The notes under the pieces were generated by a model that had not been told where the DNA came from, did not search any database, and was given only the letters and a program-made list of their open reading frames with translations. DNA of 49,014 nucleotides, counting the filler, from Sphacelaria rigidula (lineage: Eukaryota), in the NCBI GenBank assembly GCA_964200075.2. It is 3 parts of 3 records of this genome, joined end to end, with 100 filler letters (N's around TTAATTAATTAA, not from the genome) between each part and the next. Parts side by side here need not be neighbours in the genome. Positions count along the whole stretch, not along the records: positions 1 to 16,273 come from CAXNAA020001414.1; positions 16,374 to 32,645 come from CAXNAA020001415.1; 1 more part is not named here. One strand, written 5' to 3'. The position numbers and the translations under genes were made by a program. Below, in pieces: positions 9,644-22,600 of the stretch (position 1 is its first letter; every line of letters begins with the position of its first letter).

Positions 9644-12594
9644 TCACTCGAAATGCGAGCAGTAACGGCACGAGTCACGCGCAATGTACGCAACTCCTTC
9701 GTAAGAAATTCGGGTGGCCTCAAAAATATCCTTGAAAAGCTCCCACGTACGCTCCTCAACTTCGAAACCAACCCAGTCGACCAACATGATCAACGAACGA
9801 TCATCTGGTTCTGCCCCTAGGACAATACCAGCCATCTGAAAATGCCCCTGATTGAAAGCATGCTGGAACACGTCCTTAACGTCAGCCGTATCATTGAGCT
9901 GCGAGTCTGCTTAAAAACGCAAACGAGCTACATGGGCGGTCTGAACACGACCTGAAATAATGTTTTGAATCTCAAACACGTGCGGGTGGTGAGCACCAAC
10001 CACTCTCCATGGACAACTCCACGTCGCCATCAACTTGGGCGTAACACCCGGACGACGCACGCGTGCATACAAGACATAGTCGCCTACCTCAAAAATTGGT
10101 ATTTCCGGCCCCGACGAGGACCCCTCACGTCTACGCGCACGTTCAGCGGCAACACGTTCCTGCACTTTAACGTGGAAACGTTCTTGCAAGTCCAGGACTC
10201 CTAGCAATGCACTCTTTATTTGAAGATTGTCCAGAACAATACTCTTCCATTCCCCCGCCGACGAAGACACTAGCACCGAGAAAGACGTCCGAGGGGCACG
10301 ACCAAACATCACGTGGTACGGCGTACTATCGTAACGACGACGATTCGCTGTATTTAAGCGCCCATTGCACCGCCGGCAACACGTCCACCCACTCGTAAAC
10401 CGCTCCACGCCGCTCGAGAAGAATAAAACGAAGAGCACGAACTACTTCCTTGACCATGCGTTCGCACGTACCGTTAGACCATGGAGAATACGCTACCACA
10501 AACTGGTGATGAACGGGCAAAGCCTCTCGCAATCGGGCCAAGATCGCATTCTTGAAATGCGTGGCGGTATCACTCATCCACACACGCGGTACCCCCAACG
10601 TTTTGCACCAATTCAGCAAATATGAAGCAGTCGATTCAGCAGTACACACTGCCACTGGTTCCAGAGCCAAAAAGTTGCTCAAATCATCCATGATTACCAA
10701 AATTTATCAAAACCCAGCATCCTCCGACAAACATCGGGAAGCTAGTGGGCCACTCTCGTCCACGTACAAGAAATCAAGATAAACAACTTCATTCGGCGTG
10801 GTCCCATGGACCGTTTCGCCGAGCGGGCGGGGAACAACATTGCCCGCCCTCGAGTCAGCACAGTGAAGACACTGGCGGACAAATTCGCGCACATGAGTTT
10901 CTATCCCCTGCTAGACACAAAACTCTTGCAAACGCACGAGCGTCGCAGCCATATCACGATGCCCGGCGTCGCGCATGTGAGCGCAAATCATCAGACGTAC
11001 CTGCAACTGCTTGTCAGAGCTTGGAATCCACAAACGTTCCGGTCACGCATATGCACACGAAACAGACCTTCGTTGTTCAAGATAGCAGTGTGACTAACGT
11101 CCGACTCGAAAGGTTGCACGTCCGCATCTTCGGCCCCAAGGTCTCTTCGTTGCGTTTGGCGAACGACAGATTTGAACGGCATCGAGTCATCAGGTTCACA
11201 CGGACTGTACACAGCCACAGCGCGCACAGGCATTTGAATTTCAACAGTCGGCACCTGCATGACCACACTACCGCAATATCACTCAGATGCATCCGGAAAT
11301 ATAAACACCTGACAATCAGGACGAGGATGGAACAGCGTCACGGCATGAGCCACCGGATCCTTCGCTGCCGCCCACGCCTGCAGCCTGCCCTCCGTCCACG
11401 ATGTAGCCTTGCTCGGAAACGCCATATCTGGACTGGACTACCCCGCCTGCAAATTCCGTAACACCAACCCGAGCGCCAAAAGAGCCGCCATGCACAACGC
11501 CAACTAATTCGACTTCACTGGATCGTACCACTGCGGCTTCGTCTTCACCGCGGACGCCCCAGGTTTTAGCTGAACACGTATGGGCTCCACGTGTGTAGGG
11601 GGACCACCCTGCAGAGCATGACGAAACGCGTTGGCGCGGCAATGCAATATGCCGCGCAGGCGCTCCACTTTTGAGACGCTGAGGCCTGTCGCCCCAGCAT
11701 CCGCCACGCTGTCCTCCGGCGCGACCTTCCGAGCGGACTCCTCTTCCGCCGGAATCATGAACATCTCCGGGCCGCGCTCTACCGAGCGTTCCATCGCCGC
11801 ACCCCGCTCTTCGATCACCTGCTCCCCAGCCTCCTGAAAGCATCCACCGACAAGCTCACGCGACGACTGCCCAAAACGGCGGGGGTCTCCAAGCGCGGAC
11901 CAGGCGGAGACATCCGTGTCTTCATGAAGTCCCACAACCGCCGAGCGTTGACTCCAATATCCTGAAGCATCGGCGAACCCAGAAGAATAACGCCATCCGA
12001 CCCCGGCATGATCGCAAACGAGATCGGAGGCAACTGCGCCGGCCCCCAGGAAGTCGTCAGGGTCAGTTGCAGCGGAACAGTACGCTCTGTGACGTAAATA
12101 TGCTGACCGGACGCGGTGACGGTCTGCCGCGCTCCGAGCGAAAACGGAATGCGCAGCGGCACACCCGGGAGAAGACGCTTCAACATCTCTACAATCTTTA
12201 CCGACAGACTCACATGACTCGTCCAGTGGGCGCCAGAATCCCACTTAGCCTGAACTGCAATGGCTCCACGCTCACGTTGGTTTGGGAGACACAGCTCTGC
12301 AGGAACGTACCTGCCCGCGAACTCCACTGGCAGTTTATTCGCCGACCGATGCGCCGCTAATCCCACTTGACGCCACTGCTGCGCAAGCAGCGCAAGCGAA
12401 AACGCCCCGACAGGTTCAAACGGCACCTCCGGCGGGTATGACCCGCACCCCCAGCAAGCAGACCAAGAATTGGGCCAATCTCCGACCAGCGCGTCAGCAG
12501 GCGTCGCGCCTGGCGCTGCTGCCGGTGTCGCCGCCGGCGCCACCACCGGCACCGGCGCAGTGTTCGACACTGTAGAAGTCGGTCCCACCTGCAC
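9644..12594 (-). pseudogene. Degenerate pol of element B (protease, RT/RNase H remnants, integrase, chromodomain)
   Basis: AKWDSGA; QLKPGASAVKTKPQWY; VFIFPDASE; AHMRDAGHR...VRQCLHC; MSDTATHFKN; YSPWSNGTCERMVKEV; LVDWVGFEVEERTWE; several stops and frameshifts. Confidence 0.9.
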
Positions 12595-12680
12595 CGCCTC
12601 TGTTGCGAAGCAGCAGCACCTACAGCGGTGCCGGACCCAGAGCCAGGTCCCTGCTGCCCCTGCTGCTGCTGCTGCTGCTG

Positions 12681-13223
12681 CTAAATTCTCATCTGCGACC
12701 CTTCACCGCTGGAGTATCCGCCGCCACCACCACGTTTACCTCGTATTTTGCCCTTGTGCTGATGATGCGCGGCATGAGACTGCCCAGACTCTCCACCGGA
12801 AGGCGTTGGGCAATCGCGCGCGTAATGACCGACCTGGCCACAACAGTAGCAAGTGCCCACCTCATGCCCAGCATGCTTTTTCATCGCCGCAACCAATTGC
12901 GGCGGGGTGATTGTGTCTTTTTTATGCTCCAAACGAGCAAACACTCTCTGCACATAACTTGGCACTTGTTGAGCCATTGGCACCACCTGATGCCGCACAG
13001 CACCCCCTGCGTTAGCGTGCTTCACGCGCTTCTTGTACTCAAAGTACTTCGTAATAAGAGTGCGAGATGCACTCTCTGAGTATTTATCCCCGTATCGGGG
13101 AGGTCGCAACTCTTTTCGCATAACCACGGGCGTCAGGCTGGTCGTAGTACACGAACCGGTCGCCATAGCTGCACTGGCTACCTGCGAACCTTTTGCAGGC
13201 AAGCGGACCTTCGCGAATCGCAC
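12681..13223 (-). pseudogene. gag: gag of element B with zinc knuckle
   Basis: CYCCGQVGHYARDC CCHC knuckle directly upstream of the protease. Confidence 0.8.
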
Positions 13224-13468
13224 ACTTCCATGCTTCGTCGCCGCACCACACTGTCGTAGGGGCCTCTAAACTCCCGCTGCACGCAGGTTCAGCAAGTCTC
13301 CAGTCTGGATCAATCACAGGCCAGCCGCCTTTCTGCATCTGCCTCAGCTGGAACCCTCTCCACACGTCGGTGGGTTATCAGGTTTCCACAGCTACCAAAC
13401 TCCTTCCGCTGGATTCCTTTCCAGCAGGTTTCTAGCACTAACACCAGCACCAGCACTAATATCGATAT

Positions 13469-13689
13469 TGTGACGCCAGCCAGTGGAAGAACTGCTGGAT
13501 CACTGCTGTTGAGGAACTGCCCAGGTTTACTGGCCTCAGTTTCAGTTGTCAGCCTTTACAACATTCTCATTATTCGGGAGTGCCCTCATAGGCACAGCCT
13601 CCTAGACACGCCAAGGTATCAACCTAGTGTCCCCGACCATTATCCAGATCATCATTACCAACTCAACCTAACGGCGTTAATGAGTCACA
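13469..13689 (-). repeat. 5' LTR of element B
   Basis: Direct repeat of 8876-9096, located upstream of gag. Confidence 0.95.
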
Positions 13690-13693
13690 GGTT

Positions 13694-14064
13694 GTACACG
13701 AAAATGAGGCTCAAGCCCAAAACAGTGCTTTCTCCACACTTTCAGCGATGGTGCCCCATGACTTTTTTGTCGGCATTATGCCCCTTGATCGCGCAGATAC
13801 TTTTTCAGCGCAATTTGCCGACTCTGTGAGCTTACAGCGCTGACCAAAATCGTCACTCTCCCTGATATCACCCCCCCCAAAAAAAATCAGGGACAACGAC
13901 GGTTTCGGTCAGCGCTGTAAGCTAACAGAATCGGTAAAATGCGCTGAAAAAGTGTCTACGCGATCGAGGGGCATTAGGCCGACAAAAACGTCATCGGACA
14001 CCATCGCTGAATGTGTGAAGAAAGCACTGGTTTGGACTTAAACCCCATTTTAGTGCACAACCTC
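13694..14064. mobile_element. Palindromic MITE whose first bases (GAGGTT, 8870-8875) were displaced by insertion of element B
   Basis: Right end ...ttagtgcacaacctc (14064) is the reverse complement of gaggtt|gtacacgaaaatg, reconstructed by removing element B and one TSD copy; arms complementary over ~150 bp. Confidence 0.85.
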
Positions 14065-15429
14065 ATTCAATAGACTTGTCTGTTTCTTTTAGAGGTACAG
14101 TGCTACTGGTTCAATCGTTGCTATCCGCATGACAGCAGAATGGTCGTTTTCCGAAAACATAGGATGAAATTCCCTGTATTTTGTGAGTAGCTGTCAGGTG
14201 AACTGTTGAATTAAGGTACGTCAAAGTTTCTCCTTCCCAATCGAGAATACCTCTGACTGCGCTCATAATTGAATTCCCTATCGGCATGCAACCCAGGCCG
14301 AGGTCCCTGAGGACAAACGCTTCGACGGGCATGGACATCAACCAGCGTAAGGTCGAAGCGACTGGATCCCCTTGTCGTGATTGGTGAGCCGTCGGCGCTT
14401 CTTAGATCAATAGAACGCGGTGGGACTGATGGAATATCCTCTTCGCTCAAAGTGGGGTGTGAACGGATGAACTTGAGACTAATGATCGGGAGGTCTGAAG
14501 GAGAGTTGATGGTTATTGCTGGAATCGAATTCCGTTCACTCTGGCTGGTTCCTGCACCCTCGCTGATGCAGGACGTAGCGTTACCGGGTTCTTAGGGTAC
14601 CGGGCTAACGCTTGTTGATATTCCGGTCAGTTACAATGGTATCTTCCAGGAAATATGCACAACATCATGGTCGGATATTTGGTGGGAAGTTTCCGCTGGA
14701 AGTTTCTCACATGCAGGGGTATTACGGGGGACATTTCTATGGTCCGCGGGAGATTGGCTTGATGTGTGGTTCTCGGCGTTGTAGGTGGGAGTTGTTGATC
14801 CCCTCGAGGATGACTCCCTTTGTTCTCCACCTTCAGTCCAACATGCTTGGGCCATGAGCCCTAGTTAGTGAAATATGAGCTACCGAGATCACCATCGATT
14901 GTCGAACAACGCTGACATGAAAAAAGATTCGGACTCTATCGATCTCGAGGTCAAAATATTCGGTTTGTGCTTTACATTATTTTTCTGATATGCCTTACTC
15001 GCAAAAGCAGCTTGGGGGGCTATGCCCAGGTATCGATGACTCCTACTGAACAACCTATCCTGACCTGTTTCATTCCCAATTTACTCTTGTGTACTAACCT
15101 TCGTAATCGTAACCGCTTCCTCAGGTACTCTCTTTCATGACCTCACAGAAGAGACTACATCCTGACTAGCAATTCGCACTGTTTTTTGTTTCAACATTTT
15201 TATTCTCAGCCAGACGGTTGGCATTCATTTCCCGGCCATCAATCCCTCCCCTCGATTTCTCGTAATTTCGCGTCACACTTACCAACTTAGAAACGTCATT
15301 GATCGATCCTTTGGTAGTTGCTTTTTTTGCTGGTACACATTCACATTGCTGGGCGAGGGTTTCGGCTGTGAGCACAATCAAATCCCTGAAGCTACAAGTT
15401 GTTCTTTTTTTTTTTTCGCTAACTGACTG

Positions 15430-15580
15430 TCCTCTATTGAATGGCTATGTTTGAACCTGCACGATTGGAATGTGCAACGTTCTCCCTCTTTTTGGACTGC
15501 CCATCTTGTTTTCCGCCACCTCTACCATCTGATCTACTCTGCTTCTCCGTCTCACTGGGTGATGAGATGGTCCACTTTTC
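15430..15580 (-). pseudogene. Possible gag-like zinc-knuckle fragment
   Basis: Gly/Lys-rich stretch followed by ERCTFQSCRFKHSHSIEDS; final Cys absent. Confidence 0.3.
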
Positions 15581-15802
15581 CCCCCATGTTCACGCTGTTA
15601 TGATGCGCGCCAGCTATTCTTACGCAAATAATCCCCAACTATTGGTGAGCCACGACTGACGCGCGTGGCAGCAGTGCTACGGGTATCCACGCGGCCGGTC
15701 TCGGGCGTCGTGGAGGTTTTGAACACACACGTGGACAGATAGCACCCTAGTACCTCTACCAGTATTTTGTATAGTGCTGTTCTCGACACAATGTAAGGAA
15801 CC

Positions 15803-16273
15803 ATGTGGAGACTCAGACAAGGTTGTGTTTTGTCTCCGCTGTTGTTCAACATCTTCGGAGCAGGCTTGGTGGAAGTGATCGTCCAACGGTTTGCGGCGGA
15901 CCCACTCAACGTCTCAGACTTGGTCTTTCTAGATGATGCGCCACAAGGTGTCGGTGGTGAACCCGTGGAAGAGACGCCACTGGAAAAGGTGCGACGCGCG
16001 GTGTGGGCAATGCTTTATGCGGACGACGCCGGTATAGCCTCGAAGACCTCAGAAGGCCTTGCTCGAATGATGGCCGTGATAGTGATGGCCTGCCATGAAT
16101 TCGGCCTGATGGTCTCGGAGACCAAGACAGAGTCCATGCGCCTTTGGTCAGTACCCAGTTCCCCGGAGGCCACCCTGGATATCAGAGCTTCCGGTTAACG
16201 GTATAAGCAGACGGGGAAGTTCATCTACCTTGGTGGAGCTATCAGCGCGGATGCGAAAATGTCCACCGAAATC
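15803..16273 (+). mobile_element. RTE-clade LINE reverse transcriptase fragment, cut by a gap
   Basis: LRQGCVLSPLLFNIF, MLYADDAG, FGLMVSETKTESM, FIYLGG; homologous to 35422-37414. Confidence 0.9.
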
Positions 16274-16373
16274 NNNNNNNNNNNNNNNNNNNNNNNNNNN
16301 NNNNNNNNNNNNNNNNNTTAATTAATTAANNNNNNNNNNNNNNNNNNNNNNNNNNNNNNNNNNNNNNNNNNNN
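16274..16373. other. Assembly gap with TTAATTAATTAA spacer
   Basis: 100-nt N block with a central six-frame-stop linker; identical design at 32646-32745. Confidence 0.95.
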
Positions 16374-16619
16374 ATGGTCTAATGACTATGGCATGCATGA
16401 TCATGAGTACACCCCCCCTCCCCCTATCTCCTCGTTGCTACGGACACACCTACTCTTCTGTCAGTGCGTCTACCTATTTGTATACATATATTCTCTCCCT
16501 CTGTGTCTCCCTCTTTCCCTCTCTGCACCGTGAGCGCGTGAGATTTCCGCATCATCCCCGCACCTGAACTCACCCCTTTACTTCGCCGTTCATGCTGCCT
16601 TCATATTTGCTTGCAAAAG

Positions 16620-19600
16620 GCCAGCACGAAGAGACCTACTTGGTGACGCTGTATCCCTCGGAGAAAAAGGTGGTGACAACAATGGCACGGGTACAGGTGC
16701 AACTAAGATGGCCGAAACCAGGAAACGAGGTCCAAGCGGGCGCGGTCCCGCTCCTCATCGCGGTATGGGTCGGGGTCAGGTGGAAGTGGAAGATGGCCGT
16801 GGATTTGGCGTGCGGCCCACCTTATACCAGGTACCGCAATGGTTCGTCTTGACGCATGGACGACACATGTACACTATAATGAAATACTGCATTATCTGCC
16901 ATTCTTACCGCAAGCCTTTCCAACCTTGTACCGGCATGTAGACACTTTGTAATCACGATCGCCGTGACAACTACGGCGCTGCAGACAACGAAAACCATGC
17001 CTTTGGGAAGACCTTGTGCAGATATGTCAGCTATGACACTTTTGTCCTGAGAAGCTCACTAACCATCGAAAGCCTGCCTTCGAAAAGATCTGGTGGAAAT
17101 CTGTCGGGTTTCACGCTGTTCATCTCGAGAAGCTCCGTAACTCTCGAAATAGTTGCCGTTGAAACACGTCGGCGCCAAATTACGTCCTCATAAGGGCTTC
17201 GCGGCATTCTTTTCTGCTGTGGACGTCGAACATTGCCCGCACTTCATATCCAACTCCTGTAGCAGGTATACATTATGATCGGCTTCATGTATCAAGAATC
17301 AGTAGAAAACAAAGTAACAGCTTCCGAGACATTCCGAACCACTCTTATCTCCGTGGAATCGGGACCGTTCCAAACGATGGGTGAAGATGCTATATTTCCC
17401 GATGTTATGCCTTTTTTGCCTTTTTCCCCGTACACATTTCCCCCTCAAATGCAGTTTGGCGCACGCACGGTCCCGTTTATTTGTACGCAGTATAACTGCG
17501 CTGAAATGTAAAATCTAAATTTTCTACTTTTAGGGCTGATCGTGATAATGTTGCATACTTGCGTTGTTGCTTTGATACAGTGATTTGGGATGTGCAATGT
17601 AACAGGTAGGTAGGCTAAAATAGTTAACCCGGTTGAACGCTTTCGAAGTTGAACCCACTGTTTGGACCCGGTCTTAGGAGATAAAGAGAGAGAAAGAGAG
17701 AGGGCGATCTAGGCGATATTTATGTACAATAAAGGGGGTACGACATATGTGTCAGTCCAGCATATGCTTGCCCCCCCACTCCGCGGCCTCCAACTGTACC
17801 AGTCGCTGGTGCTCTCCATGCAGCACTTATCGTCATTTTTGGCTGCCGTCCGGTCTAGGGTGGCTCACAAGGCAGTGGCATCGCTACATCAGACAATTGT
17901 GGCTGCCGAGGATGCAGTTTTATCAGCCGAGGATGCTGCGCACGAGGCTGCAGAGGTAGCACGGACAGCGCAGATGGTGGCACGGAATGCCTCCGCTGAG
18001 GCCACGTCTGCCATGGCGCAAGCTGCGGCGGCGGCCACTTCGACTCGAAATGAGGGAGGCATACTGCTTGAGGAGGCAAGTGTCCCTATGAGAAACTATC
18101 CTATCAAACCTCCATGATAGAGGGGGCGTTCACCTTGCCTCCTATTGTGATTGTTAGGGTTTGACACCGCAAAACGAGCGGAAGGCGGACTTTCCTGCAA
18201 AGTAAGTGTTTTGTGAGTGGAGGCTCTCGGAGTTCGGGAAGCACTTACTGATAGTACTCGGCAGTGGTGATGTGCGAAGACCTAGGCGTTTGTAGCAGCG
18301 TGAATGAAGTGTACGTCCTGCTTTATGCATATTTGCGTCCACTAGATTTTTCGTTTCCGGCGTTCTACGTAGTACATTCTACGTACGCAGGCTACAAAGA
18401 CGGGCGCTGTTTCGCCGTGACTCGCACACAAACAAGCGTCGCCTTGCCAATAGGCGACATCTGCGCATCAAGTGTACTGATCACACGTCTCTTGTCTACG
18501 AACGACGCGGCTCTTCTCACATTGACCCGATCGTGATGAATATCTTCAGCTTCACCGGCAACTATCTTCGGCGATAGACAGTGAGAGACAAAGGCTTGAG
18601 GTGGATACCGAAGAGCGCACCGAGGCAGAAGTGGAACGCATCGGCCGCATTTTTGAAGAACGGGTAACATCTGGGATTGGCGTTTGTCGTTTGCGTGGAG
18701 AAGGGTTCGGTTTGGGCCGTGCTGACAGTGTTTCTACCTCGGTTTCACGCGAGCCTGCCGCTCAGAAGTTGACCTACTTGGTTCGACGGAAATCTCGTTA
18801 TGAATGATTGCTCATCGTTCGTCACGTCATGGTATCGCAAGGTGATACCAGGGGTCCTCTTACAAGCTGTTGCGTTTGCCTGCGTGCTTGGTGCTGGGAT
18901 GATACGTCTTGAGAGTACAAAGATCACAACCATCGATTGCATGCGGTTGTCGACGGCCGTTCATGTTTTATCGTTGTGATAGGAATTGTCATCGTGAAAA
19001 GAATTTTTGTTTGCCTCAGGTAACGTACGGTGCTACGAGCATCCCCGATTTGTTCCCTTCTGGACCTGAATTTTCTTACTGGTGAGATGAAGTAGATCGG
19101 TGCGCATGTCTGGTGGGTACAAGGGCACGGTAGGGAGGTGTAGCACACGATGTCGAAACCACAGGTCAAGATGTAATACCCTGCCATGTCCATCGTGGGA
19201 CTCGCGCAAGTTGTGGTTGTCTTCACATCAAAAACCGTTCCGATATCTGCGCGGTACATTCGTACCGGGCATCTGATGCGGACGCCTTTCGTGGTCACAG
19301 GCTAGCAAAAAAAACAAAAACAAGATTAAGACTCACAAAACGTGATACAAACAAAACAGGAATAAATAATAAAGAAGAAAGAGAATACATATGGCTAAGG
19401 CCAACTCATATGGGAGCGTTTGAAATTTTTATTTTGCAACAATTTCAGAGGAGTTTTTTTTTCTTTGCCATCACGGTGAACGGGCACAAAAATACACAAC
19501 TACGGCGAAGAAGAAAAAAAAAGCTCGTGTACAATTATTGCAAAATAAAATTCTAAACGCTCCCATAAGAGTTGGCCCAACCTCAGAAGATCCGGGAGTG

Positions 19601-22600
19601 CGGCAAATAAACAGGAATAACCAAAACGTTCACGTACTTCATTGTATATCATCAACGCGTCCCTGACTCAAATTGCAACGGCAAGCTGTGGCGATTGTCA
19701 CGTGTATCCCCACCTCGTCGCTCGAATGTTGTACAGCTTGGAAAGTTGATGTCGCTGCTGGACAGCAAGGCGGGGCAAGAAGACTTGTCTTCAATCAATC
19801 GTGCCGTGGGAGATGTGAAAGAAAGCTTAGCCAACATCACGAGCTCGCTTCCGGGAGATGCAGGCAACATCATTACGGCTCTACAGGTACACTAACACTG
19901 CGGGAATATATTCAAGCCCTTCTGTGCGGCGACGCATGATGTGTTGCAGGGCAAATAGCACCCGCGTTCCCGCATACAAACGCTTAGGTTGTGACTATAG
20001 TACATGTATCGTATGTTCCAGCGAATTCTCTCCACGGTGTAATGCCTCCACTTGTTGTTGTTCCGAAACAGTTTGGTATCTAAACGCCAAGGACTGTTGA
20101 GCTTTAACCTAGAAAAAGTGCACCTCCGTGTGTTACACCCAGGATGATACTACAGTATACCTGTGCACCCACGGGCCCTTGATAAAGCATATGACCAACG
20201 AAGTTTCCCTCGCTCTCTTTCGGGCAACCATGGACATTTGTTTCTCCTCGACCTTGATCAAACACGACTAAACACTCCCACCCCTCGTCTTGCCTTGCGC
20301 AATCGTGCGGAAGACAGAGCTCTTGCGCCTCACGAGCATAGTCGAGCCAAATTTCTGGCAGGTACACAAGCGAGGGCATCGGGTTGAGATTGTACTCGAT
20401 ATGGAACATCCCGTTTTGCATATTTCTTCAGCAAAACTCTTCGCCAGAAAATAGGCAACAGCCGCAGTCATAGCACTCGCGGGGCACGCGCAGAACCACT
20501 TACCCCTCGCTTCTACAGCCTTGGCAAACATGGTGACCAACGCCGTCTATTCAAAAGATATATTTTCAGGTCTCTTCGCACTAAGCTGAACACACAGTTT
20601 TTGTCCGTGGTTTCAAAGGAATGCAATGTGATTTTGTGTAATACGTCAGCCTTTTGGGGTTAAATTACCAACCTTCCTCCTCCAAAGAGCATACCCCGTG
20701 ACAAGACATGCTGCTGAGACCATGACGAATAACATGCTCGCTCTTTGGTTACCCGAAAGTCCGTCTGTGGAGGATTGGCAAGTTAGTGTGTGTGGGTACG
20801 TTGGTTTGCGGTATGTGCCCCAGGCATGCGGCCCTGCGGAACAATGGTATTTCACCCCGACGATAGTCGTGTTGAAGCAGAGAACACAACTGGGTAGTCA
20901 GTACTCGAAGGTTACTTGAAAATTGAATCTTTACGTGGTCGCAGACGGCAAAGGAATGGTATTATTCAGCAGTAAAAAACGTAGGTTCCGATGGAAACGC
21001 CGACACGATTTAGTATTTTGATCGGCGCCGGAAAAACCCGGGAAAATTTCCTGGGAGAATATTTCGGTGTTTTATGGTCGTGTTTTGGAACGGCAATGAG
21101 CAGGTGAACAACCTACCCTCTGAGGGCTATAGTTGCAGTTGGCGAATAATGTTTCTCTCTCCGTCAATTTGGAACAATAACGAGTTTACCGGTCGTCGGA
21201 GGGAGTATCGACCACAATGAGTACAAAACACGAATTCCATTTTTTTTTATCTCACTATCTATTTTGCACAAGCCATGACTTTACCGGTCGTCGGGAGTGT
21301 TTTCTGATCCTTTGACTCCTTGATATAATTCGACTGATCAAGTGTATCCCCCTTGTAAACATGGACGACTCTACTGAAGGGTTGGTACTGGTCGGAAGGA
21401 GATCAAATATTTGGCACACTTTCAACCCCTCTACACACTGAGTCCATCGTCTCCACACACTAAGTCCGTCGTCTCAAGGTATCAAGGGATCAACCCGTCC
21501 CTCCCTAGGTACACTTCTTGCATTTTGGTATCGCGGACTGGAGCTTGAGGGGGTCCAAGCGCGGAGGCCCCCAGAAGCCGGTACAGACTGCTTCAATACA
21601 ACAATTTCAAATTTTACTTGTCCTGAGGTAGTCCAAGGAACGTTTGCACGAAGTTTCGCCGTGTAACTAGAAAAAGCTCAGTCCCAAAGCGATCGATTAT
21701 CAATACTCCCGCACGGCATCGACTCTCGTCAAGCAAAATGTTTTTTAGTACTCACTTGTTCACATTTTCACGACGAAAAATTATACAGTGAAGGGAAATC
21801 CGAATACATATGCCGGGAATCGCACCTACATTTTTCCGACCTAATGGTCTTAGTTGCCCTCCTAGACCACCAGGGCGCGGGAATCATGTCTCAGACGAGT
21901 TATCACCTTCCAAATGGACGCTCACGTTCCACATGGGCGTCCTACGTCCGATACCGCGAAAGAAGGTCCAAAATGGACGTTTACGCTTACCATGGTGTAT
22001 GCACGAGAATGCAGAACTCCCAGCACGTTTCGCACCCACGGAGCGAATCTTTTCCACAACCTCAGAATCATGGACAAGTCAGAACGAGGATTGCTGGAAT
22101 CTGAGAACCGAGGACATTTTCCCCTAGACCGACCCAAGACTCACGACGCACGACTTCACGCTGGTCATCCTTCGCACACTACTCGCGCGCGGCAAATGCG
22201 CGGGAAGCCGTGCATACGCCGACGAAACTCTGCATGAGAATGCTGAATTGTCATGAACAAATATCTCATTTCCCTTCTTGTACCCAACACTTTCAGGAGG
22301 CGATGTCTAAGAAAGCGGACAAGACGCACACTAAGCGACAGATGTCTGTTGTTCTCGAGAGAGTATCTGCCCTGCTTAACGACGAGAGCGACAAGCCCTC
22401 ATTCTCAACCAAGAGATGTCTCAGTTGCGACAGGATCTTCAATAAGGCCAGCTTCCAGGAACTCGCGGAACAGGTACACACAAATAATAATAATTCCAAC
22501 CTATTCGAATGTCTGGCTGCAGCACGACACCGTGTCTGATTCGGCCCGGGCCCATTTTCTCATGTGTTGAATGTGAAAACAGAGTACCACCTAACACCAA

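Larger units (their letters stand above)
8876..13689 (-). mobile_element. Chromodomain Ty3/gypsy LTR retrotransposon (element B), internally deleted and non-autonomous
   Basis: Two 221-bp TG...CA LTRs (8876-9096, 13469-13689); 4-bp TSD GGTT (8872-8875, 13690-13693); gag CCHC knuckle; protease DSG; integrase HHCC, core and chromodomain; PPT-like GGGGGTCC. Confidence 0.95.
5510..15100 (-). mobile_element. Old, disrupted chromodomain Ty3/gypsy element (element A) hosting nested insertions
   Basis: Minus-strand order: gag start (~14600-14900), protease region (14100-14590, LRSADGSPI...EAFVL), linker (8750-8865, CCVPPRSE), RT thumb/RNase H (8105-8393 and 7344-7672; VDASG, AYAS, TDHAAL...RWAIALLSY...PGKLNVVPDTLSR), integrase (6300-6950), chromodomain (5605-5796). 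Many stops and frameshifts; RT core absent; LTRs not resolved; ends approximate. Confidence 0.85.

Noticed and set aside
10745..13435. Long + strand ORFs over element B
   Set aside because: Antisense shadows of GC-rich gag-pol
16318..16329. TTAATTAATTAA inside N runs (also 32690-32701)
   Set aside because: Artificial scaffolding linker, not biology
21314..21495. TGATA...TATCA segment as a solo LTR
   Set aside because: No matching TSD; flanks are inverted rather than direct repeats
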